DNA from: Octopus sinensis
Taxonomy: Eukaryota
DNA length: 64,000 nucleotides
Direction of reading: 5' to 3'
NCBI RefSeq assembly: GCF_006345805.1
Contig: NC_043011.1
Coordinates: forward strand, 10,292,001-10,356,000
The notes beneath the pieces were generated by a model. The model searched no databases and was not told the origin of the DNA. It saw nothing but the letters and a program-made list of their open reading frames with translations. Below are positions 1 through 12,119 of the stretch, in pieces (position 1 is the stretch's first letter; every line of letters starts with the position of its first letter). A program made the translations under genes and the position numbers.

Positions 1-352
1 CATCAGGTCAAGTAGCCCATCCCACTCAAAAGGTCCCTGAATAAGGGTTGTTTAAGGATGTTGAACAAAACACACATGTTTCCAGAGGTGAATTATTCAA
101 ACCCCAAAGAATTCCTCTTAACACATGGCTACAATGTTCTCCCACTATTTCTGTTCATGATCAGAGATTGCACATATTGTCAGCCACCAAGGGACATGCT
201 CAACTGGTGATGGTCATGCAACTGACAAGCAAAACTGTGGTATTGAGCAGAATATTTGCTGTAGGCCATCTTTTATACCAAGACAAAACATGAACATGAC
301 AGCACTTCCAATCAGTTAAGATCAGAAACCATGAGAGCCACTACCAGGTATT
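1..352 (-). repeat. Partial copy of a ~530-bp non-coding interspersed element (reverse complement of ~33485-33830)
   Basis: 1-350 is the reverse complement of the 33485 copy (e.g. AGCCCATCCCACTCAAAAGGTCCCTGAATAAGGGTTGTTTAAGGATGTTGAAC vs GTTCAACATCCTTAAACAACCCTTATTCAGAGACCTTTTGAGTGGGATGAGCT). It runs off the window start. Confidence 0.85.
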
Positions 353-364
353 ACATCAGGACAT

Positions 365-1105
365 ATTATTATTTCTCTTTATCACAGGTTTTGTTGGAGC
401 TCTTGGAGTCTTGCATGCATAGCAGGCTTACTACCTGCAGCCTACAGCACCATGCTATTCGTTCTCTTCAGTTATCTAATACTGTCCTGATTATTCTGGC
501 TATGCTAAGGAAGCAATCCTTTTGTAACAGTTCCACAGGGCACTCTATTCCAATTTCCTTTATATTCCCCTTGATGCCTTCTGGTACTGTTCCCCAAGGA
601 TCCAACAATAATTGGCACTATCGTCACCTTCTTCATTTTCCACAGCCGGGCTATTTCGTACTTAAGAGGGTTGTATTATCTATCTTTTTGCTTTCCTTCT
701 TGACTATTCGTGGGTCAGAGGGGTACGCAACATCAACTATATATATCACATGTGGTGCACCTTGTCCACCACCACTAGGTCCGGTCTGTTATGCTTTAGC
801 ACCTGATCTGTTTGGACTGGGAAATCCCAGAGGATTTTGCTTGTCTCTGACTCCACCAGTGTCTGAAGTTGGTGCTCATACCACGTCTTGCCTCTCTCTA
901 GCCCCTACTTTTCACACAGTTTCCAATGCAGCACTTTTCCTACCTGATCATGTTGCCACAACTTGTAGTGGTTTTGGGCAAGTCTAGGGCATTTGTTCAT
1001 ATGGGCAATTATTTCATCCTCTCTAATGCAGATGTGCCACAGCGGAGACACTTGCTCATTCCTAAGGTTGACTCCCCAGTTTGTGGCCAAAGCTTGGTCT
1101 TGCAT
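365..1105 (-). mobile_element. 3' fragment of an R4/Dong-type non-LTR retrotransposon (zinc knuckle + restriction-like endonuclease), 5'-truncated
   Basis: Minus-strand translation: QDQALATN..SPLWHICIREDEIIAHMNKCPRLAQ..HDQVGKVLHWKLC..KILWDFPVQTDQVLKHNRPDLVVVDK..IIRTVLDN* (stop 468-470), then a short 3'UTR and TAA tail. Compound CAT/CAC/TAT repeat at the 5' junction. Confidence 0.9.
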
Positions 1106-1175
1106 CATCATCATCACCACCACCACCACCACCACCACCACCATCACCATCATCATCATCATCATTATTATTATT
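1105..1175. repeat. Compound (CAT)n(CAC)n(CAT)n(TAT)n microsatellite
   Basis: Read directly. It explains the poly-His/Val/Thr ORFs. Confidence 0.95.
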
Positions 1176-1445
1176 TTGATACCTAGAGTGTTACCTGTCA
1201 TATGGCACATAACTTTGGATGTATGCTTTTGCCAGCAAATCAGGAAACATCATATCGTATACACACAATAATTAGAATTTAACTTTCATCAAATTTCTAG
1301 GGGCTTATTACAAAACGATGAAATGAATATTAATTCTCAAAAGAAAAATATTTATTACCTTCAAATGAAATTATATAAACAATGTTAAAGAAGTCAAATG
1401 AAATTGAAAACAAAATTATTCTTCGTGTTGATTTTATATGATGGA

Positions 1446-1496
<51 letters not shown>

Positions 1497-2679
1497 CTTC
1501 TCTCTCATATATATTCCCTATCCTCTCCTTCCTCCTCTTTATGATTCTCTCTCTCTCTAAATAGCATTCATGTACCCATTGTCTGCCACCAAGTCTAGTA
1601 TGTGCACTCATGCTGCACTGCTTATATCAACACTCTCTGTCTCTCTGTTTTATTCTCTTTGTCTCTCTCTCTCTAAAGCATGACTAGAGAAATCAATCAA
1701 CCAACATTTTTTATCAGCAATTATTACGTAGAGATTATTAACTTTGTTGTCTAATCAGTAAAGAGTCAACCAGTGAATTCTTTAAGCATGGCATTCTTCA
1801 TCTGCGGTTAGGCTTTGAAGCCTTCTCAAGTAAGAACAGAGTTTTGTTCCTCAATATCAGAATATGTAGAAGACATTGTAAGTGAGAGGTGTTAACTGCC
1901 TCAAGCAACCTAGAAATATCTCAAAGAAAATGTAGTGGTTACTGCAGAAGTAAGCTAAAGGTGGTTGGTTTTGGGGGCAGGTTTCAATTTTTATTTGAAC
2001 AAATTTTAATTCCTGGCCATCTCTAACTCCCTTGAGAAAGATATTGACAAGGGACAACTCTTTCTCTTAAAACTGTGCTTGTTGTGCCTACATGATTGGC
2101 TTCAGACAAGAGTTTGGCACAAGAAAAGGCTCCACTTGGCTGTTTTCTTCTTGCCACACTTCAGTGGGGAATAATCTTTAAGCAGCAAGAGGTTTTAGAA
2201 CTATTCTAGAGCAGGTTTGGAACTGAACTACAGTGTCTTCATGATGCTAATGTTTAAACATACACACGCATTAACATATACCCATATACATTCAAACAGA
2301 TAAGAATACACACATACATGCACACACATACATGCACACACGTACATGCACATTCAGAAAAGCCAATCCTACTTTTAGTTAATTCATGAGCATGGAAGCA
2401 TTGGTGTTTAATTAATAATGAATTTAAAGACTAAGCTAAAACAAGAACTGGATCTCAAAGAAATTATGCGAAAGAAATGAAAATTAATGATTTTCAATAT
2501 CTTAAAGTAGAAAGCTGAAAATTTATTTAAAATATTAAATGTGCAGATATATATATTTATATATATATATATCTGTAAATGTAATATGTGACAACTATTT
2601 GGTAGCCAAGATAAATTCCTCTATTTACATAATATCGAGGTCTCTTTCTTTCTTTTGTTATCTTACTGTTTTTATCAAT

Positions 2680-2701
2680 ATATATTCATATATATATACA
2701 A

Positions 2702-2734
<33 letters not shown>

Positions 2735-2744
2735 TATATGCATA

Positions 2745-2809
<65 letters not shown>

Positions 2810-2810
2810 G

Positions 2811-2851
<41 letters not shown>

Positions 2852-2880
2852 ATATATATGTATGTGTATATATATATATT
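2680..2880. repeat. Interrupted (TA)n microsatellite
   Basis: Read directly; source of the YIYI ORFs. Confidence 0.95.
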
Positions 2881-3304
2881 TTATTTTATCGCAATTTGAT
2901 TTGTTTACATATTTCTCGATAAATTATGAGCGCCAGGCGATATACCAGAATTCCCTAGTGTTGTCGGGACGTTCGGAGTCTGCGCAGTGATATGATTAGT
3001 TAGGGAGAGTAAATCATTAGACGCACATGCTTCTAGTGAGTTAGGATCCCAGAAAAACAGGGTCTCACTGAAGAATTCTCCCTGAGCAAATAAATTATCT
3101 TTATTGCTGAAAAGAAAGAAACTGCAGTCTGAGAATTACCGGTTTAGTAAATGTTTTTATCTTCATTTCACTTAATTTATCAAGCTTCTGTATTCCTAGC
3201 ACATATTTCGCCTTAATGTACTGATATATGAAAAATATATGGCTTGTGTTAGTAATACCAGCGATTATAATTATTTTTATTTTTATTTTATCGCAATTTG
3301 ATTT

Positions 3305-3307
<3 letters not shown>

Positions 3308-3352
<45 letters not shown>

Positions 3353-3370
3353 CACACATATATATGTATG

Positions 3371-3421
<51 letters not shown>

Positions 3422-3427
3422 TATGTA

Positions 3428-3471
<44 letters not shown>

Positions 3472-3485
3472 CACACATATATATG

Positions 3486-3528
<43 letters not shown>

Positions 3529-3536
3529 CACACATA

Positions 3537-3588
<52 letters not shown>

Positions 3589-3596
3589 TATGTATG

Positions 3597-3632
<36 letters not shown>

Positions 3633-3640
3633 ATACACAC
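3308..3640. repeat. (TA)n array with a higher-order ~50-60 bp period
   Basis: ACACACATATATATGTATGTATAT or close variants recur about five times (~3352, 3411, 3471, 3528, 3578), separated by TA runs. Confidence 0.9.
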
Positions 3641-3811
3641 AAATTGAGATAGGGGTTGTAAATGCAACCCTCCATGGGATAACATATATCCAATATACTG
3701 CTAGTGAAGTACCCAACAAAGTTAATACATAAATGTTAAGGATTGCGATGCAATCAATTTATTTACTGTATTATATGGGCAAAGGTAAACTGATTTACCT
3801 CAAATTACTAA

Positions 3812-4336
3812 TACAAGATAAGAAAATGGAGAAATGCATCTAAATAAAATATCAATTACCAGATAATACTCAATCACATACTTTATTAAACCACCACATA
3901 AGAGACTGTAGGGTTAAACATAAAAAAAAACAGAACAAATCAGTGTACATAAAGGAATGTACATAAAAAAAGTGTACATAAAAGAGTAATGTTGTATAAT
4001 AAGTAGAATATATATAAAAAAGAGAATATAAATATAAGTGAATATAAATATAAGTATAGATTACATCTTACAGCTGTTTCGGCCGAAACAGCTGTAAGAT
4101 GTAATCTATACTTATATTTATATTTACTTATATTTATATATATTCTACTTATTATACAACATTACTCTTTTATGTACACTTTTTTATGTACATTCCTTTA
4201 TGTACACTGATTTGTTCTACTTTTTTATGTTTAACCCTACAGTTTAACCCTAATGTGGTGGTTTAATAAAGTATGTGATTGAGTATTATCTGGTAATTGA
4301 TATTTGATTTAGATGTATTTCTCCATTTTCTTATCT

Positions 4337-4340
<4 letters not shown>
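3812..4340. mobile_element. ~530-bp near-perfect fold-back palindrome, Penelope-like-element (PLE) terminal relic
   Basis: Arms TACAAGATAAGAAAATGGAG... and ...CTCCATTTTCTTATCTTGTA with centre TTTCGG|CCGAAA at 4082/4083 and no spacer. The centre carries GAAA-CAGCTG-TA, the 3' half of a PLE-type hammerhead. Confidence 0.75.
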
Positions 4341-4385
<45 letters not shown>

Positions 4386-4455
4386 GCATATGTATGTATA
4401 TATATATATATTATATATATATATATGCATATATATATATATATATATGCATATG

Positions 4456-4517
<62 letters not shown>

Positions 4518-4670
4518 TATATATGTATGTATATATATATATATATATATGCATATATATGTATATATATATATGCATATATATGTATATATATATATAT
4601 ATGCATATATATGTATATACATATATATGCATATAAACATGTATATATATATATATATATATATGCATAT
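4340..4670. repeat. (TA)n/(ATATGC) compound microsatellite
   Basis: Read directly. Confidence 0.95.
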
Positions 4671-5949
4671 ATGAATGTTCTTCCTAGAGGTAAGACAAAT
4701 TTTTTTCATGTTTGTTGCATACACACGTCTTTGCTAGTATATACGCAGTGAAGCTATACAATAGCGTTGTATTTATATCGATTGCTATTTTCCAGTAAAT
4801 ATCAGTGCCTTGTTGTACCATTTATCTACTTTATATATATATATATTGTTATAATCTTTGGATGGAATTTGTAAATATTTTAGTGCACTGCTAAACGCGT
4901 TTTCAAAAATCATGTTTCTTAAGATCATAATATGTATTCCTGAGATGATTACAGTACAGTCCATTGCATCCTTGGACATCAGGTGGATCATGAATGCATT
5001 AAAATATTTATAAGTCGCATCCATGGATTATTATTATTATTATTATTATTGTTATTACTATATTTATCACACATTATATCAGCAGGCCTCGGTGCGACCC
5101 CATAAAACTGGTAGCACCAGTTTGCATCATTTGGCTGCAGCTAGCATAATACAATAGGAGCTTTTATATGCACATTCAAAACACTTTACATAAATGAACT
5201 TAAATGATATATATATATACACACATTATATATACATATATGTATATATATAAGTGGCAATTCCAGAACTGAAGCAGTTCAGGCTTAGCCTGAGTACAAA
5301 TTTACTAAAGTGAACCTGTGTTTTTCAAGCTGCTTTAATTTCTGCCAACACTGACTTCAAGTAAGTAATTGCAGCCAATAACCCTGGCTCCTTTTATTGA
5401 GCCTGGTTGCAATTCATTTATTTTCATTCAGCATCTGGTGGTTGCCTTAGAAGTGCCCTGTGTCAAAAAATACCGTTCGTAGCAGACTTTCTCTCAATAT
5501 CATTGACACGCACCTGACTTGGGCTCAGAAGTTACAGTCCAAGTTGCTATCTATAATCGTAAAAATTAAAAGTGATTCAAATTCAATGTTTTCTTGAAAT
5601 AATAAATTTCTATAGAGATTAGGATTTAAATTCCAATCTATGAAAAGTTTCCGTTCTACAATATTCTTAAAGGAACAAAAAATTATCCAGCAACTCGGGC
5701 TAATACGAATGAGCCTGGTAGGTGTAAAAGAATAACTGGCATCTCTTGTCATGAGCACAGGCAACAGTCAGATCGGTGATGGGTGCTGAGCACTCCGCTG
5801 TCATTATTTGATTGCTGTTATTCTGTGCATCTGTGAGTAAAGATCAGTTGTGTTTTTGCATGGTTGCCTTACTTTTTACCCTTAACTTAAAAATGGAGAA
5901 AGACATACTGTTAAATATAAAACAAAGTCATTTGGGGTTAAAAATATTG

Positions 5950-7870
5950 TGGAAAAACGTGAAATTCTTCGAGCAGGTAGTCTGACTCCTTAAATGAAAA
6001 CCATAGTTGGAACTTGAACATTCTAGATAAAATGGTATGAGCAGATTGATTGGCTTTGTGCAAGTAGCATCACAGAGAAACTCTACCTCTGGCCATGTTT
6101 GTTGTTTCAAGCCAAAGCTAATCAATCGTGGACAGATGGAGACTATAATAATTATAAAAGCATCCTGAGTAACTGTAAGTATCACAGTAAATCAGTGAGT
6201 CATTTAAGTAGTTATAAAAGCTTCAAAACTTTTGGACTGTACGATATATTAGTGAGTCTGCTATTAGTGAGCTGAAGAAAATGGACAATATTTTAAAGCA
6301 GTTGACAAATGCAGTGTTATATCTGTGTAAACAAGAGTTGCGTTGACATGAACACGATGAAGGGACAACTTTTACAGAGGAAATTACTGTGAACGATTGC
6401 AGTGCTTTGCTGAAATTGACAGCATATTTGCTTCTAGACTTTCTACTAAAGAGAAGTCAAAACGGTTTTCAGGAGTCTCAAATACAATACAAAACAACCA
6501 AGTGCAAGTGATTGGAAACGTCATCTCTGGTGGAATTAGAAGCAAAGTTGATAAAGCTCCGTTTATGTGTGTACAAGCTGACAAAACAACAGACCGTGCA
6601 ACTGTCGGTCATAATAGAGATATGATTATGAAGACAAAACATGTGAATGATTTCATGGATTGTATGAAGTCAGGGATGATAAAAGTGCTACAAGACTGGA
6701 TGATGTGATCCCAACTGCACTGAACTCCTTCAGTGACACTACGGATCAATAGTGAGCCACACTTACAATGGAGCAGCTGTAATGGCAGGAACGCTAAATG
6801 GAGTTCAGAGCAAAATAAGGAATAAACGGTTTAAACATGCACTTTGTTAACTTAAATTAGTCTTGAGTAAAAGTGTTTTTTTCTCATTTACATGCATTTA
6901 GTAGATTTACATCTTCCAGTACCAAGCCGGAAAATGTTTTCAGGCAGTTTGATGTCAGTATTCCATCATTGTGCAAAACAAGATGGTGCTATAGAACAAG
7001 AACTGTGTCATCCATAAAGCTATTGCATGTAAACTTGAAAAATGCTTCTCACAAGTATTCTAGGCTTTAGGGATGAAGATACACTTTGTCAAAAAGACAA
7101 TCCATTGGCAAAGTTGAATGATTTCACGTTCATGTTTTTCATCAATTGTTTTCATAACATACTTTCTCAGGTTGGAAAAGTCTTTGATATCCTACAGTGA
7201 AAGCTATTCGACATAACGTAGGGTCAGAATGACTTAATTCATTGTGTTAAAGGTTATCATAAGGACAAACATTATGAAAAACATTCTGTGCAATACAGCT
7301 GCTGTCATTGAACAGGCAAATGAGTTTGATCCTCTTCCTATAAAAAGAGCCAGAGGTGCACAAATTAATTACAAAACTACCTATTTTGAAATAATTGATA
7401 ACATCCTAATGTCTTTACAAGAGAAATTTTCTGACATTCAGGAGTATGCATTTTTTTAATTACTAGACATTAATAAGTTTGAAGAGTTTGCTAACTCGTT
7501 TCCCATGCAACATATGGACTCTCTAGAAAACAAGTATCTCTGTATTTTTGACTGTAAGAGCTTAGTGGACGAGCTAAAATATATTTATGTTAACAGTGGT
7601 TTCAAAAAAGACAATTCAATTAACCCTTTTTTAGAATTACTGTATAATTCCGCTATGCTGGAATCCATTAAACTAATTAAGCTAGTGCTGACCATCCCCT
7701 TAACATCAGTCACTAATGAGAGAAGTTTCTCACTGTTCGGGTAGAATCTGCTCGTCTTTCAGAAGCCGAATGGCCCAAGACTGGCTGCCTTCACTGACTC
7801 ATATTTCTATTGAGAAAAGTATTTTGAATGACTTGGGCAACAAGAAGGAACTGCATGGCAGGAGTTCACC
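5950..7870 (+). pseudogene. Decayed hAT transposase (ZMYM1-like type: TTF zinc finger, DUF4371, C-terminal dimerisation domain)
   Basis: ~6030-6270 KWYEQIDWLCASSITEKLYLWPCLLF..W..G..K..H.KS..H; 6397-6620 FSGVSNTIQNNQVQVIGNVI..APFMCVQADKTTD; ~6960 PSLCKTRWCYR; 7640-7830 LIKLVLTIPLTSVTNERSFS..RSRMAQDWLPSLTHISIEK. Many stops and frameshifts; TIRs not found. Confidence 0.85.
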
Positions 7871-8080
7871 ATCAAACCAAGATGACTGCAGTTCATGCAT
7901 AAACAAAGTAATTTTTATTTTAAAACTTTATTTCTGTGGTATTCTTTTGTTAGAAGCAGCAAACTTGCTTACTGTTGTATTATTGGTGCACAGATCAATC
8001 TGCAGTGTGCATTGCGTCTCTTAACTCCTTTTATACATTTGTCTTATGTGTCGCTGATGACATGGAGTTGCCTCCAGGAA

Positions 8081-8493
8081 CAGGCATGGATGTGAGGTTA
8101 AGAAACTAGGTCAGCAACAAAGTGGTTTCAGGTTCTGTTCCACAGTGCAGCACCTTGGGCAGGTGTCTTCTACAATAGCCCCAGGCTGACCAATGCCTTG
8201 TGAGAGAATTTGGGAGATGGAAACTGTGTGAAAGCCTCCTCATATATGTGCATGTGTGAGTGTGTTGTGTATGCGTGTGCATGTGTTGTGCATGTGTGTG
8301 TGTGTGTGTATGTCCCCCCACCATCTCTTGACAACCAATATTGGTTTGTTTACATTCCTGTAACTTAGCAGTTCAGCAAAAGAGACCAATACAATAAGTA
8401 AAAGGCTTACAAAGAATAAGTCCTGGGATTGATTTGTTCAATTAAAAGTGCTGCTCCAGCATGGCTGCAGTCAAATGACTGAAACAAGTAAAA
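8081..8493 (+). mobile_element. tRNA-derived SINE, family A (CORE-like body)
   Basis: A/B-box-like head, CACCTTGGGCAGGTGTCTTCTAC body, internal GT repeat, tail CTCCAGCATGGCTGCAGTCAAATGACTGAAACAAGTAAAA shared with other copies. Confidence 0.85.
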
Positions 8494-8527
8494 TAATATA
8501 TGTGTGTGTGTGTGAGAGAGAGAGCAA

Positions 8528-8568
<41 letters not shown>

Positions 8569-8689
8569 ATATATATTTATCTAAGCATATCCATCTATTC
8601 CAGTCAATATTTAACATATCACCATTTTATATTCTTTCTGCACGTGTTGAATGGAACTGCATCTTCACCACTGCATCTCAGCCGATGTT

Positions 8690-9235
8690 GACATGAGACT
8701 GTTGCAGTTCAGTGTCAACACCATCAAGAAATTCAACCTCTCAAGATCAACCTACATCACTTCTTCCCATCTCTTCTTCTTCTACAAATTCCTTCCATTT
8801 GGACTATTTATAAAACAGACATCTTCCATTCACATCAGACTTCCATACCCATGTACCCTCTTCTTGCTTAGTACACCCAGATTTTCTCTTTGTAATCCCT
8901 CATTGAAATATACTAAACTTACACATCCAACAAGGCATACTTGCCTCATAATCTTCTCAGCCTTCATGCAACGTTCCCATTCAGTGTCCCTGTTTAACTA
9001 TCTTCCTTTTTTTCTACACACCATCAACAAACAGCCACGAAGCCACCCTTCATTCTGAAAGTGAATCTCTTTGTTGCCGGCAGAGGTAACAGCTACCTTC
9101 ACTCACCCCCCGCCCCACCTTACCTTTGGAACACCCAATTCTATTACTGATTAGGTTACCTAGGTAACACAAATTATCAACTACTTCTAAGAAGCTTCCC
9201 ATGCGGTTGTACATACAATAAAAGGCATTCATCAA
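8690..9235 (-). mobile_element. Decayed RTE-clade LINE ORF2 C-terminal fragment
   Basis: Minus translation GSFLEVVDNLCYLGNLISNRIGCS (post-RT KYLG-type motif), followed by degenerate sequence resembling the RTE C-terminus at 11460-11815. Confidence 0.6.
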
Positions 9236-9788
9236 AACTTAAAAGACAGAAACTGAGAAATAAGGTCAAAACTGGAAGTGTTTGTTGTTCCATTTTTTGA
9301 AGATTTCAGTTTGTTTTAGTCTGGGTGGTAATGCGGTGGGGTGGGGGGCGTGTGGCTGGTAATGCGGTGGGTTGGGGGGCGTGTGGCTGGTCTTTCGTTT
9401 ACTATCGTTCAATAGAATCTAGAAGATTGATATTAAAAAGACAAGATATGAAATGATGACAGACACTTTACTGATAAATGGTATAGCAACAGTTAGATAA
9501 CGTATTAGGACTGCCAACTCATGGATCTTGAGTTCATATCTACTGCAGGTATTTCACTGATGGTGTTGGAGGGGTTGGGGTAGGAAGAGATATATCTGAG
9601 TTGAATATTTAGTTCTACATACCTTAGTTTATGTGCTCGTCAAAAATAGGTAGGAGAGATCTTTGGGGAATATTACACGCAATAGCCTGGTGTGAAACCC
9701 AAAGAACGTTATCTCTCTCAACTGATTAATGCCATGAAATTGGAGCTGAGCATCAGCCTTATAAGTTATAATGGGGAGACAGATTATG

Positions 9789-9823
<35 letters not shown>

Positions 9824-10049
9824 TACATGCACACACACACACACACACGCACACATATACATAGCAAGAGAGAGATAAATAGACAGACAGACAGATGGAG
9901 AGATAGAGACAGCTTTAAAATATATTTATGCCAGAATGCTACTATAACAGTTTAGTGACAACTCAGAAAGCTGAAAGTTAAATGAACCTTTGTAGACAAT
10001 TCACAGAGAAACTGTTATTGCACTATTAAATAAATTGTTGTAAAAGTGT

Positions 10050-10780
10050 AAATACGAAGATAATAAAATCTCTTAAGGGGTTGTTTAAGGATATCCAATA
10101 TGGATGAGATGGAATCACAGAACAAGATAAAGCCAACAGAGAGAAGTGCTCTTTCAGTAAGATCGGTAAAGTGGTTCAGTGCAGTGGAGACCCACTTCGT
10201 TTAATGAAGATATTCTATTATCAATTAGCTGTTCTGTATAGACACCATTCTCTCTGTATTTGAAGCTTGTACACAAGTTTATACAGTGAAGACGAGATGT
10301 CAGACAGGAAAGGTTTGTAATGAAGAGATTAAGAATGAAAGTAAGATATAGATTAACTCGATCAATTTGTTAGTGAACACATCAAAGTGTTCGTTCTAAT
10401 CAATAAGATGTTGAAAAACGATACAAATACTTCAGCTAAATCTGATAAAATATCTGATTAAGAAGAGGCATGTGACAATAACTTAAGTACATTGATGTGC
10501 TCTGATGTTCGTGATAGTGTCATATAAGATGTTCTTCGAAAATAACATGGCTCTCAACTGTTAGAGGTCATCACATCATTGTCAATATGAAACTAGAGCC
10601 ATTAGTGATTCATTCCAGAATATATGAACACTTGAAGCTGGCCTCTCATTTCAAAGTGAACACTAAAGATGTTGAGCAATCAGAATTAATGAAACACACA
10701 CATTGACTTTTACACAGTTGCAAAGTTACAGTGAAATTACAGAGATATTAACAAGAGAAAGTAGAATATCTTCTTATATA
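10050..10780 (+). mobile_element. Possible heavily decayed, internally deleted Tc1/mariner relic
   Basis: Fragmentary resemblance only (QVY.EDEMSDRK near 10270; HDNARP-like and terminal GDYVEK-like DNA). No ORF. Confidence 0.3.
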
Positions 10781-10924
10781 ATGGACTTTATCTGGTTCGA
10801 TATATTAAGGGTTTGAGTTCAAACCTAACGCAAGTTCACTTGGTTTTTCATTCATTTAACTCAATGTCAATAATCAATAACAATAATAATAATAATGATA
10901 ATAATAATAATAATAATAACAATC

Positions 10925-11815
10925 ATCATCATCATCATCATCATTTAGCGTCCGTTTTCCATGCTAGCATGGGTTGGACGGTTCTACTGGGGTCTGTGAA
11001 GCCAGAAGGCTTCATCAGGCCCAGTCAAATCTGGCAGTGTTTCTACAGCTGGATGCCCTTCCTAACGCCAACCACTCCGTGAGTGTAGTGGGTGCTTTTT
11101 ACGTGCCACCCGCACTGGTGCCAGACAGAGCTGGCAAACGGCCACGAACGGATGGTGCTTTTTATGTGCCACCGGCACGAGGGCCAGGCGAGGCTGGCAA
11201 CGGACACGAAACGGGGCGGTGCTGGCAACGGTCGCGAAACGGAAAGTTCTCTTACATGCCACCGGCACTGGTAACACATCTGCAATTTCCATTGATCGAT
11301 TTCCATTGATTGATTTCGATTCTGATCCTCACTTGCCTCAATGGGTCTTCACAAGCAGAGTTTCGACATGCCACCGGCAATGGTAGCACATCCGCAATTT
11401 CCATTGATCGATTTCGATTCTGATCCTCACTTGCCTCAACACGTCTTCACAAGTAGAGTTTTGTGTCCCAAGAAGGGAAGGTATGCATACGTAGGCTGGC
11501 TCCATCACATGTAGAAGGCCACGGGTTGTGGACTCACTTGTCCTGCCGGGTCTTCTCGCGCACAGCACACTTCCAGAGGTCTCGGTCTCTAGTCATTTCC
11601 TCAGTGAGACCTAAAGTTCGAAGGTCGTGCTTCACCACCTCGTCCCAGGTTTTCCTGGGTCTGCCTCTTCCACAGGTTCCCTCAACCGCTAGGGTGTGGC
11701 ACTTTTTCACACAACTATCTTCATCCATTCTCGCCACATGACCATACCAGCGCAAACGTCTCTCTTGCACACCACAACTGATGCTTCTTAGGTCCAGCTT
11801 TTCTCTCAAGGTACT
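10925..11815 (-). mobile_element. RTE-clade LINE 3' end: ORF2 C-terminus, 3'UTR and (GAT)n tail
   Basis: ORF 11534-11809: LREKLDLRSI..ERRLRWYGHVARM..GRGRPRKTWDEVVKHDL..DRDLWK (typical RTE C-terminus). The 3'UTR ends CATGGAAAACGGACGCTAAATGATGATGAT. Confidence 0.9.
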
Positions 11816-12047
11816 TACAATAATAAATAATAATCCTTTCTATAAAGCTACAAGGCCTGAAATTCAGAGGAGAGGGATAGTTGGTTACATCAACCCCAGT
11901 ACTCAACTGGTACTAATTTTATCAACCCTGAAAGGATGAAAGGCAAAGCCAACCTCGGCAGATTTTGAACTCAGAATGTGAAAACATTTGAAATAAGGCT
12001 AAGTATTTCACCCAGCATGCTAACGATTCTGCCAGCTCACTGCCTTC
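11815..12047 (-). mobile_element. tRNA-derived SINE, family B
   Basis: Head GAGCTGGCAGAATCGTTAGCATG..TTCTGAGTTCAAATCTGCC, body AGTACCAGTTGAGTACTGGGGTTGATGTAA, ATT tail; homologous to 20516 and 52640. Confidence 0.85.
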
Positions 12048-12093
<46 letters not shown>

Positions 12094-12119
12094 TAATAAC
12101 GATGATGATGATGATGTAG

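Noticed and set aside
331-987. 218-aa plus-strand ORF
   Set aside because: Antisense to the R4/Dong RLE coding fragment; no independent domain signal.
926-1271. Poly-His and poly-Thr ORFs
   Set aside because: Compound trinucleotide microsatellite.
2985-3075. C/D snoRNA-like box arrangement
   Set aside because: Box C is imperfect and there is no terminal stem outside the boxes.
3308-3640. Repeat-spacer pattern reminiscent of CRISPR
   Set aside because: The spacers are TA runs rather than unique sequence; eukaryotic context and no cas genes.
2539-4751. Many YIYI/IYIY ORFs
   Set aside because: (TA)n translations.
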